Shown in pieces: positions 37,304 through 48,710 of a stretch of 64,000 bases of DNA. The translations under genes were made by a program, and so were the position numbers. Every line of letters begins with the position of its first letter. Positions within the stretch are counted from its first letter, which is position 1. Source of the stretch: Camelus dromedarius (lineage: Eukaryota); the NCBI RefSeq assembly GCF_036321535.1, contig NC_087436.1, forward strand, positions 92,072,001 to 92,136,000, in the 5' to 3' direction. The notes beneath the pieces were generated by a model. It saw only the letters and a program-made list of their open reading frames with translations. It was not told the DNA's origin and did no database searches.

Positions 37304-38619
37304 TGACTGATTGATTTTAAGGTCATGGATCATAGGTATAAAAGTAAAAGAACTTCAAGTTACACAATCTTCAAACAGACAGGAAACTTGGAGATCAGCC
37401 AGCTCAACCTGAACAAATGTATGCCACTGTCAAGAATACACTCAAACCTCTGGTAATTGGACTAAATCTTCCTCATTGTGCTTATTGGCTTCCTTTATAA
37501 ACACAAAATGAGGGTAATTCTAGTAAGGCTGGCATGAAACATATTGTTCTTTCAAGACCTTGATACAATTACTTGTGAGAAAGACTTTCCCCCAAGTTGC
37601 TAATGAAGAAATGGAAAGAGTATAGAAAGAAGCAAGTGCCCTAAAGAAAGATTTGCCTGATCTTTATCAACCTAGTGTGTCTCATCTCCCTTTCCCACTG
37701 TTTCCTATCTCTTAACTTGCAATTTGCTTTGTCTCTTATTGTCAAACAAGCTTAGAAATTACCCTGAATACCAGATATTAAGCATGGCCGAATGAGGGAG
37801 GTGCTTTGCGTTATATGAAAAGAAAAACACAAATGAAAATGTTTGAAACGTCTACAGAAAGCCGGAGGTTGAATTTGTCTGTGTGCTCCACAAAGGAATC
37901 TGGCTAGCTTTTCAGCTCAACTTCAAAGCCAACAAACAAATAACCATAAGATTTCAAAAGCAAGAAAATGCTGCCTTCCCACCTCTTCTCAAATTTCCCC
38001 AAATTAGGTTGCTTTAATATAAGGAACTAAATTGTACAGCACATGAAGCCTGCAGCAGCAGATGTGAAGAATAGTGCTCAAGACCTTAATAGTCATCTTT
38101 TTCAAGTATGTCCTATACTGTTTGGGATGACCCATGTAATTTTGTAAAGGAAGACTTGATATTGATTGCATATTCAAATAAGAAATAAACACAGGTGTTT
38201 TCAAACAAGATTGATCACAGTGTGAGCAGAAGGAAAAAAATAAAAATATTTCCGGAAATGTTCTTCATCAGACACTGCTTGCTTTGATACCAGCACTCTT
38301 TATTGGAGCTGATTATTGGATTTTGGAGATTCAGCCATTAGGAAGGAGATCTGGATAAATTATTGAAGGAAATAGCAAGTCTCATTAGGTGGAAGATTTT
38401 AATATTGACAATTTTATTCATAGCCCCCCCTGACACTGGAAGCAGAAAAAATACTCACTGATGATTTTTATGCTACAGGCATTGTATCAGATGAATGGAT
38501 TTATTGTCACTATAATCCTCACAACATACAATGCTATAGATATTATTATTCCATTTTCACTGACAGGGCAAATGAGTCACAGGGAGATTGCAAACTTACT
38601 CCAAGCACCAAATCATAAA

Positions 38620-39780
38620 AATATTTTCCCATTGGCATATATAACATCCTCCTTTCCTAGATTTCCTCTTAAATGTTTGGCTAGTCCTTCCCCGTGTTCA
38701 TCTTGGGTCACTCTTCCCCTGAAAATTCTGGTTCCTAGGGACGCTCAGCTTGGTCCACATACTTCTCTCTGAATGACTTCATCCAAACTTTCAACAGCTA
38801 ACTGAAGGCTAATGAACTCCCAAGGGTATATCCTCATCTCAGACTGCACTCCAGCATTCCAGGTTGGATGTCCAGCTATCTATGTAACATCTCTACCCAC
38901 AGAGGGACATACCCTCTATACCTTGCGTTCAGGATGCCAGAAGCTAACCTCATCATTGCCACTAAACCTATTCAGCCAGTTACTTGAAATCTGGGAATGG
39001 TCCTGAGTCTTTCAGAGCTTTCCTTCACCACCATCATGTTCTATAAATCAAGTATCAATCCTTCCTTTATATGTTTCAAGCCTGTCTCCTTCTCTCTGTC
39101 CCCACTACTACAGTTTTAACTTAGGTCGACACTATTTCTCGCCCAGATTGCAACAGCCTCTTAATTGGTCTCCATGCCTCTAAAGTAGGTCCTTTCTATG
39201 CATTCTCCAGAGTGCATGTAAGAAGCTGATCATGTCATTTCTTGGCATAAAATAAACAATTGCTTCCCTTTCAGCTTTCAGGATGAAGGTGAACATACTT
39301 ACTTATAAAGCCCTGTGTGATATGGCTCTTACCTTCCCCCAGCCTTCTCTCCCATTGCACACCTTGCCATGGACTGATGATTTGACACATATTTGTAAGT
39401 CCAGATATTTGCCAAATTCTCCAAGACACCAAAACACGCTCTGTCCTTTAGCAGTATCTCCAGCATTCTCTTATGTAGTCTTTGTGCCCAGAACACACTT
39501 TCTTCCATTATTCCCTCTTCCTTCTCAACTGACACAAGTCAGGTCAAGCAGCACCTCCCTAGGGAGCCTCTGCCATGCCTCCCTCCAACGGGATGGGTGC
39601 TGCCCATCTTCTGCATCCCCCGCACATGCTCTGCACTGTCCCCTCCTGCTTCACCCTGAGTCTATGAACCTGCCGAGATCAAAGTATTTTTGTTATTTAC
39701 TTTTGCATGCTTTACACTTAATGTAAGGTCTGGAGCGTGATCAGAGGCATTAAGCGCATGTTTGCTGAATGAAGAACAAA
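38620..39780 (+). mobile_element. L2 3' portion flanked by two MIR (-) halves
   Basis: ctctctgtccccactactacag...cagcctcttaattggtctccatgcctc...tgtttgctgaatgaa; MIR pieces at about 38440-38610 and 39780-39840. Confidence 0.8.
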
Positions 39781-41169
39781 CAGAAATTTGAACCTAAGGC
39801 TGTCAGATCCTAAAATTTATGCACTTCCCACTACAATATAATAACACAATAGGCAATAATACAGGGGAAGATCAAGGAAAAGTCAAAATCCTCAAAGTGA
39901 TGTTTTTCATCTAAAATAAGCAAACCAACCAAACCTCACTAGGATGTCATCAAACTGATTGTAACCTAAGGAAACATTTACAGTATATATCTTTTCTATC
40001 TCATTAACAAATTTTTAACATAATCATAATGACTAATTTTCTCTTAGCAAAATTCCCAAGGCAAAAATGCAGGTTGTCGCTGTTGCTTGGCCATTCAGGA
40101 GGTGTATTTAAGTCTGGATAGAATGATTTAATCATGGTTGTCTCTGATTAAGCTGAAACGAGCTTGCCAGGCCAAAAGCTGCAAGCTGAGAATTTCACAG
40201 CAGCCAACAGGATGCACTCAAACAAATCACCAAAGGACTCTTGCACTTGTCCTCATTTTATTGTTTTTAATAACATACGGAGAAGAAAAAGTCAAAAAGA
40301 TTGGCGTTTACAATTAAAATAAAATAACATAGTTTCATTCAAGTTAATGATTCTGAGAAGTGGTACTCAAAAATGTATATTTGTGAAGCAGGAGGTAGGA
40401 TTAAAAACTGGCTAACCATCTTTAAAGCAGAATGGAGAGCATCATTATTCTCATCATTCTCCAGTAAGATGGGGTTAAAAGCCTGTGCGGATGTTAGCTG
40501 TGCCCGAGGAAAGCCCAGCCTGTTGGTATTCGTGATCATCCACCGTCTCCCTGGTAGCACCTACTGAAATGCTACTCTAATTACACAACCACTCTCTGAA
40601 GAAGGGGATTTACAATCCCAAACCTGCATACCACAGTCACATCGTCAGCCAGCCCTGGGAGAGAGAAAGCACCTTTCTCTCTGGTTCACAAGCTACGAGA
40701 ATCTAAGTATTGAAGATGCCAGACGTGGTTCCCACCGTCCCCCAACGTGAAGAAGAAAGAAAGGAGGAAAGAAGCAGAAATGAGAGAAAGGTTCTTGGCA
40801 GTATTTCTACGTTTCTTTCCATCTCCATCCCTGCTATGGCCATGGTTTATTACATCAGTTAACCAATAAGTTCCTCTTTCTGCATTTTGTTTGTTTGTTT
40901 GTGTTAGTCATGTTTCTGTCATGATCAAAGACACTGTTGCAACAACTAGGATTTCAGCAGATTCCATAAACTTTAGTGATTACATCCTTGCTCTCCCAAA
41001 CTAAAAACTTTTCCAGGAACAATACTTTTTTAGAGGAAATCAGCCTTTTTAGCAGTTTCCACATGCTTGTGACACTGCCCATTTCTCCACTCCCGTATCA
41101 CCTGGGCTTGAACAGAATGAGTGACAGAAGACCTCAGGAATGCCTGGCTGGTCTCCTCCTCCTGACTTC

Positions 41170-42400
41170 ATGGCTTCAAGAATTCTGAATTTGGAGGTGT
41201 GGAACCCACGTTGTGAATCCCATCTCTAGGAGTCTGCAGTAAAATGACTTACAATATACCAAATAGAGTCCCACATTCATAAAATAGGTAAAACCCTCCT
41301 ACCTCCATGGCAGTCGGCTCTTATGAGAATCAAATTAAGTAGCTGGCATTGCTATACTTTGTATGACTCTGCACGAGTAACTGTTATTAATTACTGGTGT
41401 TTCCCAAGGCTAAGTCTTTGAACTTTTAATACTTTTCTATAAATTCCTTCCCTTGAAGGACTATCCTATTTGATTGCCTTCACTACAACCTTCCTGCTCC
41501 TGGCTCCCACATCAATACTTTTTTTCCCCCCTTCCTTCTCATTTGAGCTAGACTAATGAACATTTCCTTTCTTAAATCCTGATGTAACCTGAAACTCGCC
41601 AAGTCTAAAATCAGACTTTTCCCCAAATCTGTGTTCTCTCTGATCTTCCCTCCCTGGCTTTTGTCTGTTCATTTTCTACTGGGCCCTGGAGTCTCCATCC
41701 ATTCCTCTCTGTTGGTCAGACCCAAACATAAACCAGTTCCCATGGGGGCAGTATCTTCATACATTTTCTCTCACATCCATACTGCTCTCTTCTTACTGCC
41801 CCTGAGCAGCACTGAACTCTCCTCATCTTTTGCCTAAATGACCTAAATTCTATTTTCTCCCCACAACATCTCCTCTCAACCAATGTCAGAATAATCTTCT
41901 TCAAAATGCCCCCTCTCCTAGTAACTTACTGATTAAATATATATATATATTTAGTATATAGTTATACATTATACAGTATAAATATATGTATATATTCACA
42001 CACACATTGCAACTTAGCAATACAAATGTTCTTACGTTTTAGAAAGATGTGGAAGCTGAGACTCAGAGCTATAAAACGATTTGCCCTAGGTGACATAGTT
42101 ATGATGTGCAAAAACAGAATTGAACCCCAGTATCTCTACCTCCCAAAACAATAATGCAATGCTTTCCACTAATTGATCACATCTCAGTCCTTCCACAGGA
42201 GGCAGTGTGGCTTCCTCTTGCTCTCAAGAATCTTCCTATTCTCCCCTTACCCTTCAATATATGCTTTCTTGTGTCAGTTTATTAGTGGCATCTTATCTAC
42301 CATGTAGATTGTGAGTACCTTGAAGGCAAGGCTTAGATCTTCAGGTCTTCCACTACTGTCTGCTACTAAAATAGAGCTGAGCATAGGGAAGGAGTAAGAA
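41170..42400. mobile_element. MIR and L2 fragments with a (TA)-rich tract
   Basis: L2 motifs (cctgaaactcgccaagtctaaaa; tagattgtgagtaccttgaaggcaagg); MIR at about 41170-41390 and 42020-42170. Confidence 0.65.
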
Positions 42401-42401
42401 T

Positions 42402-42433
<32 letters not shown>

Positions 42434-42495
42434 AGGAGGGAAGGAGGGAAAAAGGGAGAACAGAAGGGAGGGAGGAAAGGAAGGCAGGAGGAAGA
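42400..42495. repeat. (GA)n / GA-rich low-complexity tract
   Basis: Read directly. Confidence 0.9.
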
Positions 42496-42534
42496 TGAAA
42501 TACTTCAAAAAACTTATAGGAGACAAGATGCATT

Positions 42535-42695
42535 ACCATCATTTCTCAAAGTGTGGTCCATGGATCGTCTGCATCAAATCTCCTGGGATGCGGTCCCAGC
42601 CCTTCCACCCCCAGATTCTAGTGCAGGAGCCCTGCCACTTCATTAAGGACCCCAGACAATGTTTAATGCAGACTACAGACTGCAAATCACTGAAA
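42535..42695. mobile_element. MER5A-like hAT element
   Basis: tttctcaaagtgtggtccatggatcgtctgcatcaaatctcctggg. Confidence 0.7.
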
Positions 42696-44640
42696 CCTGA
42701 AGTCCCTCAGTGCTCTTGCCATCAGACAGAATTTTTAAACAGCATAATCTGTTTGCCCCCACTGGGAGTAAACAAACATTTTATAGGAAATTTGCCCAAT
42801 TCTTAAGACTGTCAACTGATAAGACTTGTCACCTTATTCTCATTTCCTCATTCTTACAGAAAGAAGGGTTCTTAATTAAAACCTCCCACTGAGCTGACAG
42901 TGAGCCAGGTTCAGGTACCTAGACTGTCTTAGTTCCTTTCTTGCTTTTGTGAAGGAAATGTGACAGAGACAGAGTGAAATCTTATACAAAAACCCAATTC
43001 ATTGTCAAAGCACTCATCTCATTTTAAATAAACCTCAGCCTCCCCAACTTTTCTATTTGTATATGCTTCAATTCACCTTCAGTTTACCAGGTTTAGAGTG
43101 TTCAAAATTAATCTATTTTTCTTCCCCTTCTATTCTGTAGAAATGATTTCATTGTTGTTACCATGCCCACAACCAGAAGAGTTTCCTATTATAATGCTGT
43201 AATCCCACACAAACAATTTTAGCTCTACTCTGTCTTTGAAAGCCAGCACAAGAACAGGCTGTGAACTGAAAACCTCGTGAGCAGATTTTGAAATGATGTG
43301 CTCAACCTCCTGTTTTAGTTCAGGAGCTCTGCCAAGTTACCAAGGAAAGAAGACTCCTGATGGCTTCCTAACGTGACCCATTTGTATCATTTTAGAAAGG
43401 GGCGAGGGACATCGCCACAGGCCTGAAGTCTGTTTTGTTTTGTTTTGTTTTTTGTTTTGTTTTTCAATTGTAAGGATAACTGTGTCCTCAAGAATTTATA
43501 TATTCTCCCCACGAACATGTATTATGAAATGATAGGTCAAACTCACACCCTTGAGTCTACTGTCATTAAAGAGAGACGTGATCTAAGCAATTCAAACTAC
43601 AGCACATAGCATGGCGCAACGGTCACGACGCTGGCGTAGGAATCACAAGTCCTGGATCTTATTTCCGGTTTGGTCACAATTTGGGAGCCTTTGTATATCC
43701 CTCTGGAATTCACTTGCTTCCCTATTAAATGAGACGAATGGACTTGATCAAGGGTCATGCTTTCGAAAGTTTTTCAAAAGCTATGTGGGTAAAGCAAATG
43801 TGGGAAGCAAAGAGACAATGTTAAGACCACAGGGAACAGTGGGACTATGAAAAACTAGACCCTTGTGCTCTCTCAAAAAGTACTTACATTAAAAAGAATT
43901 TTAAAAGACTGTTAATTAAACCTCTGAAAGTCAAATCCAGCCCACAGACTACCTATGATCCCTGAACTAGATAGTTTTTCAAGTACCTTCCAGCTTTAAC
44001 CATATGTGATTCTAAAACAGCAAGTAATGGTAATTGAAAGCACCTGATAACCAAGGTAATAATAATTGTTAACATGTATCTGGTGCCTACTATATGCCAG
44101 TCTCTTAGCTAAAGACTTCAGTTATGGTAACTTACTTTAATCCTCATAACTCTTTAATGAGGTAGGTATACTATTATATCTATTACACCTAAAAGAGGGA
44201 TCTCTTTTCCAGAGAGGAAAATTGAGATATATGGAATTTAAATAACTTGTCCAAGCTAATCCACTGAAATTTCTGTATGTATAAGAAATATAATAGCACC
44301 AAACAGTAGAGCAAACCAAGCTTAATCAATTTCACAATAAGTACTTAAGTGGTAAGCCTTAATCAAGAGACTCAATGAAGGATAAAAATATTTGAAAGTT
44401 AGGAAATACTTTATATGCAACATTGTTTAATGTTCTACTCCATTAAAAGTAACAGATAATAAAAGCTATTTTTAATGTCTCTATATTGCTGAAATAGCAT
44501 TGCATGTTTAAAGGACTAATTGTTATTAAAAGCTACAGAGTAAGAAGAGTAAAATTTTTAATAAAAAGTCAATTCTCTAAAATGTTGTTAGTTTTTAAAA
44601 TTAAAAACTGTTTTATCAATGTCATTTGAAAGTTTATATA

Positions 44641-44796
44641 GGGGGAGGGTATAGCTCAAGTGGTAGATTACATGCTTAGCATGCACAAGGTCCTAGGTTC
44701 AATCTCCAGTACCTCCTCCAAGAACAAATAAATAAATAAACGTAATTACCAGCCCCCCCCAAATAAAATAAAATAGAAGCAATTTCTTAAAAAAGA
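44641..44796 (+). mobile_element. tRNA-Ala-derived SINE (camelid Vic-1-like)
   Basis: A box tagctcaagtgg (44652-44663), B box ggttcaatctcc (44696-44707), anticodon arm with AGC, (TAAA)-rich tail, and TSD gaaagtttatata / gaaagttaatata (44628-44640 / 44797-44809). Confidence 0.88.
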
Positions 44797-44982
44797 GAAA
44801 GTTAATATAGCCATAAAATCAGAATAATAAAATTAGAAAAGCTTTCTAGAAGTCAACGAGTACTCTACCTTGACCTAATTATTAGACTGTTACAGTTGCA
44901 ATATGGTCATAGAAATTAACAACTTATTTTAATCCAAAATACCAAATGACATTGATAATAAGCCTGAAAATTTAATAGTTTG

Positions 44983-46800
44983 GACTTCTGGTTTCAGCTC
45001 CAGCATGTAAAGAGTTTGGAAGTTGCTACTTATAATAAGAAAAAGTTGGACAAAACTAAAATCAAAACTAAATGACTTTTCTTGGGTCCAAAACAGAATG
45101 AAGGTTGCCTAAAATCTGGAGAAACAGATGCATTCAGAGAGATAGTTGAACTCAGCTTACCTGGAGCCAAAGTCCTGGGACACTAAAATAGTCATTTTGA
45201 TAAACTGCTGGAGATGGTGTGTAGACTAGCTTAGCAGTGTGAAGGTCCAAGGAGCTGCTGTTCTTTTAGCATTACCCCCCACCCCAACTTTTATGAGTTT
45301 TATTTGCAGGAACTCCAACAGATTCTCACAGTGAAGAACCAAGAATATGCCCCAGTCTCTGGCAGGAGGAAGGGAAGAGTAACCCCTGTGAAATGCACTC
45401 AAAGCTAATTCCTCACTCCTTGAGCATGGATTGTGCATAGTGACCTCCTCCCAGAGTACAGGATGGAAAGTTGCGGGGAAAAGTAACCATTCAGTGGGGA
45501 ATCCTCACAAGCACAACCTCAGCCAGGTGATCAAGTTTAGTTTCACCAGTGATAAGTCAGGTTGATAGCATGTACCCTGAATATGATGTGCTGAAAATGA
45601 ATTTTACCTCTGTGATCTTCCTCCCCAAAACACGTAACTCCAGTCTAATCCTGAGAAAAACACCAAACAAATTCCAGTGCAGGGATATTCTTCAAAATAC
45701 CTGAGCAATACTCCCCAAAACTATCAAGGTCATCAAAACCAAGGAAAATCTGTGAAACTAAGTGTAATGTGCTAGCTTAACATGTGCTCCTAGAACAGGA
45801 AAAGGACATTTCTGAGAAAATCTGAATAAACAATGGATTTAAATCATCAAAAAGTCTACAAATAACAAATGTGTAGAGAAGATGTGGAGAAAAGGGAACC
45901 CTGTACACTATTAGTGGGAATGTAAATTGGTGCGGCCAGTATGGAGGTTCCTCAAGAGGGACAAAAGTAGAACTACCATATGATTCAGCAATTCCATTCC
46001 TGGGTATAGATCCAGAAAAAACAAAAACACTAATTCAGAAACATGCATACAACCCAATGCTCACAGTAGCACTATTTATAATAGCTAAGATATGGAAGCA
46101 ACCCAAGTGCCCATCAACAGATAAATGGATAAAGAAGATGTGGTATATATATGTTTGTATATGTGTGTATGTGTATATATACCAAATATGTTATACATAT
46201 GCAATGGAATATTACTCAGCCATAAAAAAGAATGAAATCCTGCCTTCTGCAGCAACATGAATGAGCCTAGAGAACATTATGCTTAGTGAAATGTCAGACA
46301 AAGACAAATATTGCATGATATCACTTACATGCAGAACCTAAAAAACAATACAAATGAATATAAATGCAAGACAGAAACAGACTCACAGATATAGAAAACA
46401 AACTAGTGCTTACTAAAAAAGAGAGGGAAGTGGAAAGGCTCAAATTAGGGGTATGAGATTAAGAGATACATACAAACTACTATGTATAAAATAGATAAGC
46501 AACAAGGATATATTGTACAGCAGAGGGAATTGTAGTCATTATCTTGTAATAACTTTTCATAAAGTAAAATCTATAAAAATACTTAATCACTATGCTGTAC
46601 ATCTGAAATTAATATTGTAAATCAACTAGACCACAGTAAAAAAAAATAAATAATAAGGTATCAACATTGGTTCATTAATTGTGACATACTAATTTTAATA
46701 TGTTAATAATAGGGGAAACTGGGTGTGGGATATATGGGAACTCTGTATTATCCTCACAATTTTTTTTAAAAATCAAAAACTGTTCTAAAATTTAAAACCT
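44983..46800 (+). mobile_element. L1MC-type element (5' end joined to 3' UTR), split by a younger L1
   Basis: gacttctggtttcagctccagcatgtaaagag is an L1MC-type 5' start; 45405-45845 and 46655-46800 match an L1MC 3' UTR. Confidence 0.75.
45845..46655 (+). mobile_element. 5'-truncated L1 (ORF2 C-terminus, 3' UTR, A tail)
   Basis: Track ORF 46057..46260 (ALFIIAKIWKQPKCPSTDKWIKKMWYIY...MEYYSAIKKNEI) is the L1 ORF2p C-terminus. Confidence 0.92.
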
Positions 46801-47624
46801 GAAAGCTGATAGACATGAAAAAAATCTAATACTAGTAGTGAAAAACTCACAAATTAATGTGAAAATATTACTAGTTTCTGTAATTCAGATAATTATTAAT
46901 TAAAATTAGAGAATTGGATGTTGTTCCCTCATTAAAGACCAATTTTCAGCTTGGTATGTGGTTTCAAATATCAGCCAATTCCGGTCTACTGTAATTTTTA
47001 TTGAAATGATACTAGAAAATAAAGTGCCAATATAAATCTAATATTTATATCATTTGACAAAGAAGCACAGTCACTCCAAAGAAGGATACGCCTCACCCTG
47101 TTCCTGCCCCTCAACCAAATTAACGTAAGTCAGGACGACAAACTCCCAGAGAAGATCAGGCAAATACCTGATAGAACATTTTCCAAATTGAATTTCATAA
47201 AATCACAAGTTTTTCCTCCCAGGGTGAAAAAAAAAGTAGCATGGGAGTTCCTTAATGAACTGTTGCATCCTCTTCTTGAAGAACCACAATATGCTTTAGC
47301 ATAGAGGACTGGGAAGTCTTAGAGTCAAGAACCATATCATCCCACTTTGTATGACCACTGTATAATTTTTCACAAAGCACGTGTTAACATCAGAAGGAAC
47401 ACCAGACTTCCAATACAGTGCATTCAGATCATTCATTCCAGAAGAAGAAACTTAATTTAACTAATTTTAAATGCCCTTTCTTTCTGTGACAATATATCAT
47501 TTTATTAGAAAATATATTTTGATGAATATGGCCATTTATAAAAGTGAGCAAAAGTAAATTCTATTAGTGTGTCCTCTGACAACTATGATACATCTACGTA
47601 CCATCCGAGTTTAAAATCAGTTTA

Positions 47625-47774
47625 AAAATATGAAAACAAACATATGTATGTATATGCAAGACTGGGACATTGTGCCGTACACCAGAAATTGACACATCGT
47701 AATTGACTGTACTTCAATGAAAAAGATTAATTAATTAATTAATTAATTAATTAATTAATTAAAATAAAATGAAA
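47625..47774 (+). mobile_element. Short young L1 3' end whose tail contains (TTAA)9
   Basis: gtacaccagaaattgacacatcgtaattgactgtacttcaat; TSD taaaatca--gttta / taaaatcactgttta differing by a 2-nt indel. Confidence 0.85.
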
Positions 47775-48069
47775 TAAAATCACTGTTTAGATCAGGGTAA
47801 CAAAATATAAATTCTTTGCCATCAGCAAGATGATAAAGTAGACCTTTCCTTTCTTCAAATAAGGGTTTTAAGAGTGGCTGATTCTGAGATTTTGTGCTTG
47901 GTACCCGGCTCACCTAATGTACCAAGCACAAAAATCTTATTTTATACAACAGAGCAAAGCAGCTGCCCTCGGAGAGATTTGAGGTTCTGAATAGACTGAC
48001 ATAAGTCACAGGGAAAATAGCATGGAAGAAAATTCTGGGAGAGGTCACATTTGGAAATGCCACATAAAA

Positions 48070-48710
48070 TGGCTTTTTTAATCATGCCAGAAGCTTCTGC
48101 CTGGCATTCACGCCCCTCTGCTATTCAGTCTACTTACCCTTCACTGCACGTCCAGCCCACATCTCAGACTCCTTCACCTCTGCTCTCACGAAGGTTTCCC
48201 TCTTCATCTGGAGATTAGTTTCGTTTCTGAGACTTGCTTAAGACTGTGTCTATGACTGTCTGAAATGCCTCCAGACTTCCCTCCTCTTCGAATTCTCCTC
48301 ATCTTTCAAAGGCTGGCTTAAAGCACACCATTGCACAAAGCCCTCCCTGATCTCCCCGGCCCTAACCATTCCTTTCTTCTTTCTTCCTCCACGTGCCACT
48401 ACCCATGATGCAGACGTTGCCATTTACTGCACAATGTCCAGTTGCTTCACTCAGTACTTCTCCAAGTGTGTCCCATGGGCCATCCAGCGTTTGTTTGGTT
48501 TTGTTTCTCCTGACCATCTCTTAGTACTAAAAGACTACCTACCTCAGTGGAGAAAACGCTAACTTTGCCATTGTTTGTGTGTTTCTGAATGCATGTGTGT
48601 GTCTTTTTCTCTTTATAACTCTTTGAGGGCAGAAAATACATCTTTCATTTGATGGTGACCTATCATTTTGATGGCAATGTGTAAGATATGGAGCATAATA
48701 AATACTTCAT
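48070..48710 (+). mobile_element. Decayed L2 3' portion
   Basis: cctggcattca...tctcctcatctttcaaaggctggcttaaa...aagccctccctgatctccc...ctttgagggcagaaa. Confidence 0.65.

Noticed and set aside
44641..44716. Functional tRNA-Ala gene
   Set aside because: Mismatched stems, an A-rich tail and a TSD indicate a SINE retrocopy.
47175..47420. Possible old hAT-Charlie MER fragment
   Set aside because: Too diverged for me to assign or delimit with confidence.
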